From Octopus vulgaris (Eukaryota), in contig OX597825.1 in assembly GCA_951406725.2 (NCBI GenBank), positions 26,784,001-26,848,000 on the forward strand: a DNA stretch of 64,000 bases, written 5' to 3'. Below are positions 1 through 15,869 of this stretch, piece after piece. Position 1 is the stretch's first letter; each line of letters begins with the position of its first letter. The notes beneath the pieces are model-generated. The model was not told the origin of the DNA. It did no database searches and was given only the letters and a program-made list of their open reading frames with translations. A program made the translations under genes and the position numbers.

Positions 1-520
1 AGAAGGCAGTACGTCCCCACTGGTGTAGTTCAACTACCAGAATTCTTCTCATTTTCGTCAATATGGCCATTTATTCTTTCACATCTTACACGAAAATCCA
101 GTGTTATAAGAATCAGATCTCAATTTTTATTCTGCCTCACCAGCTGAGTTTTTCGGACCTTCCGCAGCCATCGTTGGATTAATATATAGCATCTCAACAT
201 ACTCTTCCATATTTATTTCAGGCAGAAACAAGAACCATTCTACATTATGTAATTTCCACTCTCAATGACGATGGAAGAATGCACATCTCATATTTAGCTG
301 ATAAAATATCTGTGTGTTTCAGAATAACACCAGTGTCTCTCATTGATCATCATAGGCGCGAATGTTGAGAAAACTCGGTATTTTCACCTGAACATTAGTG
401 ATATAACTTGCAAATAACCTCCTCAATTGACAAAACAAGGAAGCCAGGGAAGGCATCAAAATATGGGTAATAACAAACATCAGAACTAATATGAACGACT
501 GGTTATGAAAATAGAGAGAA
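1..520 (+). mobile_element. Highly degenerate LINE reverse-transcriptase remnant (RTE-X-like)
   Basis: Broken-frame traces resembling SPDGETEFF / QGDTLAPYLF / LAYADD blocks in the expected order (~135-310); no open frame. Weak. Confidence 0.3.
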
Positions 521-527
521 AAGGCCC

Positions 528-735
528 ATACATACATACATACATACATACATACATACATACATACATACATACATACATACATACATACATACATGCA
601 TACATACATACATACATACATACATACATACATACATACATACATACATACATACATACATACATACATACATACATACATACACACACACATACATACA
701 TACTTACATACTTGTTTACATACATATTTACATAC
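528..735. repeat. (TACA)n microsatellite
   Basis: Directly visible; source of the YIHT/MYVC ORFs. Confidence 0.97.
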
Positions 736-3700
736 ATTCATAAATACGCACGTGTACGCATACTTGCAAAAAGGAGCTCCGTAAACTTTTACTTCATTCA
801 ACTCTTATCCCTAACTGTGGTCGACTAACCTGCCCTTTCAAAATGGCTTCCTACTTTCCTAAATTACAAACAATTACTTTCATTTTATGTGTATAGATAA
901 TACTATGCCTTCTCCTTTAATCAGTTGCTATATTTCATATACGAAATATTTTTATCACCTATAATAAGGCCCAATCGGTCTGCACATTAGAGCAGCTGTC
1001 ATGTTCGTATACTCATAGACATAGCGTAAACAACACGCGAGGAGCACATCAAATATGCAGCATGAAAATATGATTCCTAATTTTGAACTTCAAAGAATAT
1101 TTCCTATCAAAAAATAAACAAACTCGACAAATCGCAAGAAGATCCCAAAATTTATTTTTCAGACTCTGAATTAGTGTTGCTAAAAGTCATTTGTACAATA
1201 TATTTGTACACCCGTTGTACAACAGATTTAACTAATGGATATATTTTTTCTACATTTCTCTTTCTTTCTGGTACAATAGCAATGTTCTCTCTTCGTCTTT
1301 GGCAAATATTTTTCAACCATTCTTTTATTTCAACCATTCTCCTAACTCCTAGAATAATCATCGGAGTCTGCACTAGTTACAAAATATAATAATGTTTTGG
1401 TCAGATTGGCGGCGGCTTCATATTCCGTTCGTGCATTCTTTTTAAATTTCCTGTACTCATAAATGTCCAATTGTACACAAGAGAATTTATTCCCAACACA
1501 GAACAGCCACCTCCCTAAGATCAAAGTGGTTTGGAACCAAATTCTCTAAAAATAATTTCAAATCATATTATAAGCTATCATTTCTGCAAATTGAAGGGAT
1601 AATGTTCGTATATTATCATTTTGTATCCAGTAAAATGCCCTATAAATATTACTGTCGTTATAATTTTTAATTCTTTACGACAAATTATTAGAGCTGTGTA
1701 TATACAGGAAATAAATATATTATGGCTAATACTAATACTAAAGGAAATAAATATATTATGACTAACATCATATACTATCCATTTTGTACAATATGATTTA
1801 CAATATACAATGAAAAACATAATATTGCTTGTTACATAATACTGATAGCATATTCAATACGACATACTTCAATGGATTTCCTCTAGGCTGTTTGGGGTGT
1901 CAGAGAAATTATTGTCTTTTGTGTTCATATTCCTTTATTATTTATAATAAAGATAGTGATGGTTATTTTCAAGATGATGTGTGTGACGCTGGAGATGATG
2001 ATGGTCATTCTGTTAATGAATGATGTCATAACAGACTTACATATCAATTTTCACCTATAGGCGCCCAATTCTTCAGCAATTTTCTTTCAACTCCACAATT
2101 GAAGTAGCGAACGATGCGGTGTAATATTCGGTAGCCACGTGTATATTAATGCAAATGTCAGGTAAAATCAGCGTAAAACAAAGGTGCAAAAACGAACATT
2201 TAAATTATATCAATCCGACAGACATGCTTGTAAATGTGCTCAAAAATAACATGACATTATGGCAACTGCAGTTGTTCAAGGTTCCTCACGGTGTAATCGA
2301 TCTCCAGATCCTGTGTTTTCGAGATTGATTTTGGATCTACTTAGCCATGTTAATTCAAAATGCATAATATAGATTAAAGAACAATATATTTCGGTTCTGT
2401 GTATAGGGATATCATGTAAATTACAGACTGCCTATGACACTGTGAATTCACATTAATGCCAGTAATTATTTAACGCATCGATCTAAAATTTAAACAAAAG
2501 GCAAAACGACAACAACAAAAATCCAAATTGAATTTAAACTATATCTTGACTGTGAAATGCAGCAATGCTTTATGCATTGGAGTAAATGTGCAGTCGGATT
2601 TGAGGTTTAAAACTTAGAATCCATTCTACTCATGTTTTTTGTTATTTTTGATAGGGATTTGGGTAGAAATGTTAAAACGAATTAAACCTCCCATAAACAC
2701 CAGGAATCGTTAATTACGTAGGGTTATAAAATATGTGAAATATGCAATTAAATTTCCCCCTTTGCAATTAAATTCTCCATAATTATGCAGAAAGTGCAAT
2801 TTAGGGATTTTCCATTAGTTCTTTTTGCATGTGCAAATATTATTCTTTATTGATAATGAACAAATTAAACTAATTTAAAAGAAATATGTGGGAAAATTTG
2901 GCAGATAAACAACACTCCTACGACAATAAAGTATAAAAATATATAATTTAAAAGTTTGGAAATCTAAACAACCCTCTGTCAAATAAGAATAATACTCGGT
3001 TCATTTCCTACACGTGTTTTCCAATTTATTTTAAAGTGTGCAGGCTTCTTTCCCTGTAGCACTTAGAAAAATATCGACTTGTGTCTGTAATGCAGAAGAT
3101 TGATTCTTGATATTTGAGACTCTTCTAACTACAATCATTTAATTCTGATTAATATAAAATCCTCGCAAAAATTATTGATGCAATTAAAATTATGCATGCC
3201 CAATTTGTTCTATTAAAATAATTATATTTAAACTCTTACCAAAGATACTCTTACCATAACTCCGAGCAACTATGTTGCCATATATTTTTACTCAAATACT
3301 CCTTCATCCACAGCCAAATCAATGATTTGAAAACCTTTAGGTTATCATTTGTATATTATTTTCATTAAACTAAAAGAGAATGGGCGATGTTTTTCGTTTC
3401 GTTTTCATGATCAGAAGATATTTATTTTCTCTTTTTATGTTAAAAGGAATCGTTTCTTTGAAGAGGGAAAATACATGTTTGATATTCGTACCTGATGAGA
3501 TATAGCGAAGTAGAAACGCATGCTTTCTACGATCCAATGATATCATTCACAACCTAATGTGATTTTATACACTCCTTTAGAAGAGAACATTTTCGTAAGA
3601 TTTTTCAGATACCCTCAGGTTAGGGTATCTGAATGTGTTAAACACGTTAAATATCAAATTTTTACTTCGACATAAATTTGTTTGTTCACTTACGTAACTA

Positions 3701-5259
3701 ATTTACCCAGTAAATAAATGTCATATGTTGCAATGAATAAGAGTTTTTCAGAGAACAGAACGTTTCTTTGTTATGCAATCAAAATTAAAACATCATTCTT
3801 GGGTTTCATTTTTGAAAAGTAGCTCAGGATACGAAGTTTGGAGATATTTTATTAACATACATTTTCTCTCTGTTCATAGTGTGTTACAAACTAAAGTGCG
3901 ATTTTAACTCAAAACTTATCTTAATTCAAAGTAAAATTCTCTCCTACATTATGCCATGTGTTTATCTACAGGATATTGTCTATCGATGAGAATCTAAATG
4001 GATGTTGTTGACCAAGGATCACGTAATAGTTATGATACACTAAATATATTATCCTTTTTCCAAATATCGTTTCATGTTGTCGTTAAGATTTATGAAACCA
4101 AAAACATGTGTTCCAAATTTGGGAAAGACTATACATTTAAACAGGCAGAATCACTGAAATTTCATTATTCTTTACACAGACTTCGAATAAGTGAGAAGCA
4201 AATGGTGGAATCCATGCAAGATTTGAAATTAGAACGTAATAAAACATATATCTTAGCATTAATAATAATCCTCCTCTCCGATTCATTAAGTAACTATGTA
4301 TTCTATGTTTTGAAATATGGCACAGTTATATTGACTTTAAATGTTGGCAAAAGGTCAGCAAGATGGGGAAAGACAGAAAGTCGATAAAATCGAGCTCAGA
4401 GAGTAACTATGACTGGTTTCTGGAATGAAACACCCATATACCAAATGTTTGACCTATGAAAGAAAGAATAAGATTCACTGATTGCGAGGCTTGCTAAAGA
4501 AAGGTGTATATACATCTATAGGAATGAATACACATCCAAAAGAATTACATGCCCGTTTCTTAAGAAGAGAGGCTGCAGATAAGACAATGGAGCACTACAT
4601 AGACTATCTGTGGGAAATTTATTAAATTACCGGAGTAGAAATAATTTTATTACCGATCCGCACTAAATGGATAACACAAAAACAAGGCGTATAATTCGCG
4701 GTTTATATCTGCCTTCAATGTTTTAAATGAGGTAATTTTTTAAAGGATACATTTCAATAATTCAATAAATTTCTTCCGAAAATGGACCGATCTAGTCTTC
4801 TTACACATATAATAAAAGATTCTAAATGCAACTTCTGATCATAGCGTTTCATAGTAGATTACTAAGGTACATTTCAACCAGGTATAGTATAAGAGTATTT
4901 TTGCTTCGGCTATGGCTAGGTAAGAATATTTACATTACACGCCAGATCTTACTCAAATACATACACTTACGTGTCCATACTGTCAAACAATCAAAAAAAT
5001 ACTGTGCAGGATATTTTTATTGAACATCAAAGCAGTATTATTAAGAACGACAACAAAAAAGTGAATGGCAAAATAGACAAAAGAATGAACGAAAATTCAG
5101 TAAAAAAAAATTCAATTGGAAAATAAATGGTTTCTAACAAGCATCTGAAAGAGAAAGCTTCAAAAAATATATATAGTTTTATCATAGAGATTGAAGAAAT
5201 GAGAATTGCATTGCAGATGAAAGTGTCTTAAATGAAACCATTAAAATATCGTGTCCGAA

Positions 5260-8440
<3,181 letters not shown>

Positions 8441-8792
8441 TATATGGCAGTTGATTAAGAAACACAATAAATAGTATATAGATAAGCACCGGATGTAACC
8501 TCCGATCTTCATCCATTGAGAAATGCCAAAAGTTCAAGAAGCAAAATACTAAATGATTAAATGTGCTCACAGTGTTGTTTATGGTGTTAATTTTGCTTTC
8601 ATTCAAAGGTTTAGGGTCATAAATATTTCGCGAGTTGAGATTTGAAGTCAGTACGTGGAAATATGAAAGTAAATACCAGGAGGCATTTCACTGTTGTCAT
8701 ATAGATGTTAATACAGATACAACGATTTATAAGTGTATGGTGCAACGTTTGTGGATGTGAGGATTCGTGCGTATCATATGACCTGTGTGTGC

Positions 8793-8842
<50 letters not shown>

Positions 8843-8979
8843 ACACTTTCACTAACAATCACTAGGACACATATATGTACATGCATGCGAACTGCTTTCA
8901 AAGTTTTGGGTCTTCAAATTCTGAAACTCGTTGTGCAAGATCTGTACAATATCTAATATGCATCCCTTATAACTAATTC

Positions 8980-10810
8980 AATCAAATCCATCTGAAAGAA
9001 CTAGTTTACGGCGTCTGTCATTGCTGATCGGAATCGTCTGTTTTTCTAAATGTAATATGCCAAGGCAAACACTGTTCAGCTTACACTGATATATGCCGAC
9101 TATATGCCATTTTCTACTAGTAGAGATGGTCATTTTTGTTTGAGCAAAAATTCGCTTAGTTCTGTTAAGGGATTGTTCCTGGCATTCGCGTCTTCTACAA
9201 CGGTACACATTTTTCTGGATAAACATATGGTATGTTGCGTTATGTATGTGGTGGATGACACGACTTAAAATCCAAATATTGATGTGTGTCCATTTGTTTG
9301 TAGTATGTATGTATGGTAATGGTAGTGTCCTTTTTAATTACCATTATATCTAGTAATCTCCTTTGTAAATTCGAGAGACAGGTGTAGATTGTTCAGGAGG
9401 GTATTGAACACTTCCAGAGCAGTTAGAGATTTTGTTCACATTATGAAGCGGTCGTCAAGGTATATCTTCCATGCCTCTGCAATATACTTTCTAAATTCAG
9501 TGCTGTAGCTTTTCTCTACTTCTTGGTAGATTCGTCGCTCTAAGTATTCCATAATAGAGTTCACATAAACGGGAGCAAACCTCGTTTCCATCACCCTGCT
9601 TTTACTTTGGATGTAATACTTTCCATTTAAGAAGAATGTGTTGTCTTAAGAAGAAAGAGTCTGACGGTCGTTAATATAAATGGCAGTGTGAATCTGTTGG
9701 AAATTTCTTTACTATGTGTGTCTACCCAGAATTTAATCGCCATCTTTTCCCCTAAATCATATGGAATATTGGTGTAAAGACATACCACATCAAAACTAAG
9801 TAAAAGTGAATTCGTTTCTATTGTTGTGGGAAGATCAAACAGAAAGTCGATGTCATCCCTGAGGAAACTAGGTATTTAGGTACATAGTACATTTAAAACA
9901 ATGTCAATAAAATTGCTTAAATGGTGGCAAGGGCATGTTGGACCAGCCATAATAGATCTAAGTTTTAAGTCTTTTGGATATAATAATTTTACGTACTCAA
10001 AATTTTGTTCTTTTACTCTATGTTGAATATCTTTTGAATTGTGTTTTTTCTGTTAGCCGTAGAAGTTGCTGGGCATGGGCTCAAAGTTGGTGATCAGGTT
10101 GTTGATCTTATTTCTGATGTGGTGGTGGTCTATATTTGAAGATATTTCACAATAAAAGTTTCTGTCATTCAGTTGGTGCTCAACCAAATCCTTTGAGTAT
10201 TCGGCCTCCATAATAACAATTTCACCACATTTAGCTGCTTGTTTAATTATTATTGTTGATCCGTCTGTATACGTTTAAGTGCAGAGATCTCCGATTTGTT
10301 GATGTGTGGCCTAACTTTAGTATTGAGTCTAAGGAGAAATTTAGACAGAATATCAATATATTGGTCAAGATAGCTATTTCTTACTTTTAGTGGTGTGAAA
10401 TTTGGCAAAAAGCCTTTATTAGGGAGTCATCAATCTCATTACATTTTGGGTGGAAAATTCTACAAGTCGTAACTTACGATAGAATTTTGGGATATCCTCC
10501 TTACTTCTTGGTGGCTGACTGTTGGTGTAGTTGTGAATTTCAGTCCTTTTATTAGGAGTTGGATTTCATCACTGTCAAGATCTCTTTTGTGCAATTAAAT
10601 TATTTAGGATCTTTTCGTTCAGTTGTTTTGGGTATGTATCCACTTGGATTTTTTCTTTCTCCGCTGTGTGTTGTTAAAAATGGATTTTTCACTGTTTATA
10701 ATGTATGTTCCTGTTGATTTTTGCTTGATGGACTTGATGGACTTTGCGTTTTGATTGTGGTTTTTACTTGGTTTCGTTATGTTTTCTGTCCTGTTTTTTT
10801 TTGCATTATA
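8980..10810 (-). pseudogene. Decayed Penelope-like element reverse transcriptase
   Basis: Minus-strand motifs in correct order: EIQLLIKGLKFTTTP (~10570-10525), IKQAAKCGEIVIME (cf. IKxADKG, ~10245), LLLSFDVVCLYTNIP (~9805-9763), WKIYLDDRFIM (cf. WxRYxDD, ~9475-9442), DTHQYL-FKSCHPPHT-RNIPY (~9290-9226). Many stops and frameshifts. Confidence 0.85.
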
Positions 10811-10888
10811 CATATATATTATATATTCAATTACTTATTATTGTTTTTAATAACCCGGTGAAATGATCTACGTTTACTTCAAGATCTA

Positions 10889-11064
10889 GATTGTAACGAA
10901 AACGTGGAAATCAAATTTGGAATTCCTGTGGTTTATATATTCTTCTACATACACTCGTACACATCCGTGTTATATATGTATAACACGGATGTGTACGAAT
11001 CTGTATAGAAGAATATATAAATTAAAGGAATTCCAAATTCGATTTCCACGTTTTCTTTACAATC
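10889..11064. repeat. Near-perfect fold-back inverted repeat (~86-bp arms, almost no spacer)
   Basis: gattgtaacgaaaacgtggaaatc...cgtacacatccgtgttata, tatg, then tataacacggatgtgtacg...gatttccacgttttctttacaatc. Confidence 0.93.
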
Positions 11065-11714
11065 ATATAAGATAATATAATATAATGAAATGATAGGATA
11101 TTAAATGTTTATTCTGACTGAACTGGTAGTTTCATGCATTAAACAATACAATCTTCAGCTTCATATAGTAGTGGTGACAATTATGTTTTACAATAGTGAG
11201 ATGGCTAAAATGCGTGCCTTAAATATATTTGAATAGGCTCCAGAATGTTCAGTTCTGCAAACTTTATTCGGACCAATCAGTGGCTGCTTTAACTAAATTA
11301 CTTAAGATTGGTGTTTGATTTAGGGGTCATGGTTTGATTAACATATCAAGAGACCTGTATTTTGACTCTGGCAAAATCAGTAATTGTGTGTCCTTTTATT
11401 TAGAAATGTTGGAAACAACATTTTCCAGGGATTTTTACATTTCAATTATCATCAGCAGCATTATCATCACCTTTACTATTGCTCCCTTTGTTGATGGTGG
11501 TGGTATGAGTAGCTGTGGTAATAAAACTTAAAATCCCGAATAAGATTGTTCTTATTTTCTTACTATCTTCATGAGAACCTTTAGTACTGTTGTTGTTGTT
11601 AATGGTAGTGGTCGTAGCAGTAGAAACAGTAGCTCTAAGTATCATTATTATCGTTCATTTAGCTTCAGTTGGAATTTATCTACAAAGATTTTTTCTATGA
11701 TTTTTCTCTCGATT

Positions 11715-11717
11715 TAT

Positions 11718-11796
<79 letters not shown>

Positions 11797-12062
11797 CATA
11801 TATATATACACCTAAACATATATATATATATATATATGTATATACATTTATATATATACCTATACACATATATATACATATATATATATATATAAAATAT
11901 ACGCACACACGCACACACACATACATATATATGTATGCAAACACATATAAATGCATATATTTACACGCATACATACACACATATATATATATACACCTAT
12001 GCATATATATATACATATATATATATATACATATATACATATATAAATATATATATATATAA

Positions 12063-12124
<62 letters not shown>

Positions 12125-12240
12125 CGCTCAATCACACATACGTATATATAAGTGTACACACACGTATACATACATATAGTCACACACGTTCGCACATATA
12201 TGTGTGTATATAAGCGTGTAGGTGTGTATAAGTATATAAA
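11715..12240. repeat. (CA)n/(TA)n compound microsatellite
   Basis: Directly visible. Confidence 0.95.
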
Positions 12241-13294
12241 AGTGCGTGTTTAATAATGTAGTGAGGATTTATTTCATTCATCATTAATCCTTCCAGTTTA
12301 CATTGGAATAATACTTTTCTGAAATCCATTAGTTCGTGAATTTTTAAAGAATTTCTGATTTTCCTAACCAGAATAAAATGTTTGGAATAATGGTTTGTTT
12401 TTCACGTGTTGTGCTGCATACCATAAATGCTGTAGGATTACTCATCGGATTGAGTAAGTATAATTAAAAATTTACAAATCAGAGCTGTATTAGCCCTTTA
12501 TATTTGTTTTCTATGTTATATACCGTTGTGTTGAATTCAGATTCGTATTTTGTTATCATTAAATCATTCCGCTTTTAATATCCTTTTAACGGAATCTTAT
12601 ACATAAAATTGTAAAACTGTCAGAAAAGGCATTTAACTTTATTTCGAGTTTTTGTATTCATTTATTTATTATACTTACTTGCGATGGAGTATATGGAAAT
12701 ATTTTCTCAATGAAATGGCGTTCAAGTGACAGAAATTCATGCAAATTGGATAATCATCCTGTCCACAGGAGAAGCCTCCATATCCGTCCTTTGCCCCGTG
12801 TTCAAATTTGTATGTCACAACGGAGAAACATTTTCGCAAATTTCATATCCAATTCAAAAAATATCACAGTACTCGTTCATCAATTTATCAATAGAATTCG
12901 TTGAAAAATGTATCAACAAGAAAATGACGCAGTAGCGGGCATTATCTCTGCAATAGACGCAACAGGCGTAAGAGGGGAAAGGATAGTCACTGATCTCAGA
13001 AAATTCAGAAAAGTTTTAAGGTTAAACTAAAGGATAAACGAGAGGTACTTCTCCTAATTAATCACCCAGTCCCTAGTAACTCGGCCCATTCTCTTATGAG
13101 ACGTATAACATTTAGACTACAAACTGATACAACATCGACCAGAACCGCAATCCCAAATTCGCCACGCCTGCTCAGGTGCTGATTCGAATTTTACAAAACA
13201 CAGTTTTAACACGCAATGTAGTGAGTAAATTAGTTATCACTTCTACATAAAAATTATTTCTAATTCTTTTATTAAAATATCAGAATGAATTAAA

Positions 13295-13364
<70 letters not shown>

Positions 13365-13475
13365 GCAATAAAGATTCAAGTCAATTTTAATGAATTTACT
13401 TGAATATGGTACCTAACTTAGATGCACCAAAAAACTATACGGTTTTAACAATACAGTAATGTGGGGTGATTATAA

Positions 13476-13658
13476 GCGAGAAAGAAGCAACAAGAATGGA
13501 TAAGTTTTTAGTACAATCGTTTCATACAAAGACAGGCTTTATTAAAAGTTGCAAAAATTGCAGCATATAAACGTGTCCCGTACTCATCAGCTAAAATACA
13601 TGTGAGTTCTCTAGACATCTTAGTGGTTGAGGCTATACTCATGAAGTAATGTAGATAA
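13476..13658 (-). repeat. 3' pseudo-LTR (sense copy) of the PLE
   Basis: Reverse complement of 15870-16052; no mismatch found by eye. Confidence 0.95.
13506..13596 (-). ncRNA. Type-I hammerhead ribozyme (sense to the PLE)
   Basis: Minus strand reads TTTTAG-CTGATGA-[long stem II]-GAAA-C-GATT-GTA-CTAAAA: 6-bp stem I, intact core, minimal stem III, GUA cleavage triplet. Confidence 0.82.
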
Positions 13659-13746
13659 TTAAGTAACATAAACAGATTTCCAAAGTTCATTAAAGTTCTT
13701 TAAAGATGATGTACAGTCTTATCACAGATTTTTAAAAAAGTTTTAA

Positions 13747-14037
13747 TAGCATCACAGAGAAGGTGACTTAATCCATAGTGTACATATGAATTTCCAGAGA
13801 TATGAGGAGGGATTACATACTCACAGACGACAAATTTATCCATGGCTAATCACAACGAGGTGGGTATCAATTCCTGCTTATTAGCATTACAGAGAGGGTG
13901 AATTAATCCTTTGTATAGATGCACAATTTCCAATGGTGTAGATGTAAATTTCCAGAGAAATGAAGAGGAATTTCATATTCACAGACGATAAATTTATCAA
14001 TGGTTGAACACAATGAGGTAGGTATCAATTCTTGCTA
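13747..14037. repeat. Two diverged tandem copies (~135 and ~155 bp) inside the PLE 3' region
   Basis: tagcatcacagagaaggtga...gggtatcaattcctgct (13747-13880) vs tagcattacagagagggtga...aggtatcaattcttgct (13882-14037). Confidence 0.85.
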
Positions 14038-14129
14038 TATGATTAGGTATTTGCCACATTAATCACATTACTGCTATTTTCAAGAGACTGTAGCTATTTA
14101 ACTTTTAAAGGCTGAAGGGCTTTCTAGAG

Positions 14130-14330
14130 AGGCAAAGAACAGAAAGGGAAGGAAAGTGAGGAAAAGAGAGAAAATAAAGGAGAAGGGAGCAAAAGGGGGG
14201 GAGACTAAAAGAGAAGAGAAAAAGAAAAAGAAAAAAAGAAAAAAAAGAATAAGAAGAAGAAAAAGAAAAAAGAGAAAAGAGAAAGAAAGGAAAGAGGGGA
14301 AGAAGGGAGAAAAGAAAAAGAAAAAGAGGG
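14130..14330. repeat. Polypurine (A/G) low-complexity tract (polypyrimidine in PLE sense)
   Basis: Directly visible. Confidence 0.9.
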
Positions 14331-15067
14331 TTCTAGTTATACAGAAGAATTAGTAGACGGCAAGTCTGGTTTTAATTTGCAGGCATCTAGGAACTAGAGG
14401 AGAATATTATTCCTTGACCAGTAAAACAGCTAATTTATTGCTAACGTGACGCCGTTGAAAGCAGCTATGAATTTAAAGAGAATCTAAAGAGATAACAAGG
14501 TCAGGGGTATAGGGGTCAAAGGCTAAAATCAAAAGAAAATACATTAGGAAAATCTAAGTATAATCTTATCAAAAAGTCATTAAAATTTATTTATTTAATT
14601 TAATCGTTTTACTGTCTTAAGGAGTTGCCGTTATTATTCATACATTGACGGACTACAGGTCAAATCTTAGAAGATCATTTACAAGGTGTTAGGGAATTGT
14701 CTATTATAATGAAGATATTCATACTATCATCGAGGGAGTAGCCTTATTTATTTAATTTTGAAATAGAATTATGAGGCTTTAGTAACTTATTTTATTTTAT
14801 TAAATTTATGTTACTTAAATTAGATTAAGTTAAGAATTAAAAATTAAAGATTAAAATTAAGATTTAAAATTATGAATTTGAAATTAAATAAAGCTTCAAT
14901 TAAGCAGCGTATAAGTACTATTTATTTCCCTGTTCTCAAAAAACTGATGCAGATATAAGGAAAAAGATAACTGTAGTGTGAGAACTCTTAGTTATCTACT
15001 TAAAGCAGTGCTATACTAGTAAAAATCAAGTTATATCTATCTATCTATCTAGTTACGAATATTCTAA

Positions 15068-15736
15068 TCATTTAAAATATTTTAAAGTCTTCAATTTAGC
15101 GTGGACACAAACTTGACCTAGTTCGATATGGTTATTCAATAAGTTTCTATGTTTTCTATGCTTTAGAATTTCATACGTCTCCATGGAGCATAGTTGGCAA
15201 CCAACCCTGCTATTTTTATACGGAATTGCTCTCCTAACTATTTCCCAATTAAGGTTATAATTATTGTTATTATATTTGAGTTCCCAGATTTTGCTTGAAA
15301 GTGTGGTGGTACCATCTTTATGACGTAATTTAAAAGACGAGATGTGGTTTCTAACTCTGGCTAGAAAATTAATTGTACATCCAATGTAAAAATATTTGTT
15401 ATTCTCCGTGGATATGGTACATTTATAGATTACGTTATTTTCCCCGCATAGACCAGGTGCCGGGCATTTTGATTTTATTCTACACTTACACACAGGAGGA
15501 ACAACTTCAGGTTTTGGATTATTCTTGGGTATATGTCTTAGGTTTCTATTATTTTGATTATCATGAGTATAATTGTCCTTATTGTTATTAATATTTTTAT
15601 AGTTGGTGCTGATATCTAAAGTATTGCTATTATTTATTGATCCTTCTGTTTCATCTTTTAGGTCTAAAGTCCTACCATGATTTTTTATATTATTGGTAAT
15701 GTTACTATTATTGCTAGTCTTTTTATCCGACTGCAT
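15068..15736 (-). CDS. PLE GIY-YIG endonuclease domain with Asn-rich linker (C-terminal part of a truncated PLE ORF)
   Basis: CxCx5Cx5C (CKCRIKSKCPAPGLC), VIY...YIG, R..H (RVRNH), LS.KIWELK, W.I, CxxC+E (CQLCSME), LLN, CxH. The frame stays open upstream of Met15736 to ~15883, so that ATG is probably internal. Confidence 0.88.
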   Translation of the reverse strand: MQSDKKTSNNSNITNNIKNHGRTLDLKDETEGSINNSNTLDISTNYKNINNNKDNYTHDNQNNRNLRHIPKNNPKPEVVPPVCKCRIKSKCPAPGLCGENNVIYKCTISTENNKYFYIGCTINFLARVRNHISSFKLRHKDGTTTLSSKIWELKYNNNNYNLNWEIVRRAIPYKNSRVGCQLCSMETYEILKHRKHRNLLNNHIELGQVCVHAKLKTLKYFK

Positions 15737-15869
15737 ATTGTTGTTATAGATATCACTTATATTTTCATTCTCCGTATTTTCTCCATTAGCCTTATTTCTA
15801 TTATTTCTATTATTAACATTATTACTTCTATTAATATCGGTATTGTTATTATTACTATTAATGTTAATG

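Noticed and set aside
3998-4387. 129-aa non-repetitive ORF
   Set aside because: No recognisable motif or splice context; plausible by chance.
14156-14353. Lys/Arg-rich ORF
   Set aside because: Read-through of a polypurine tract.
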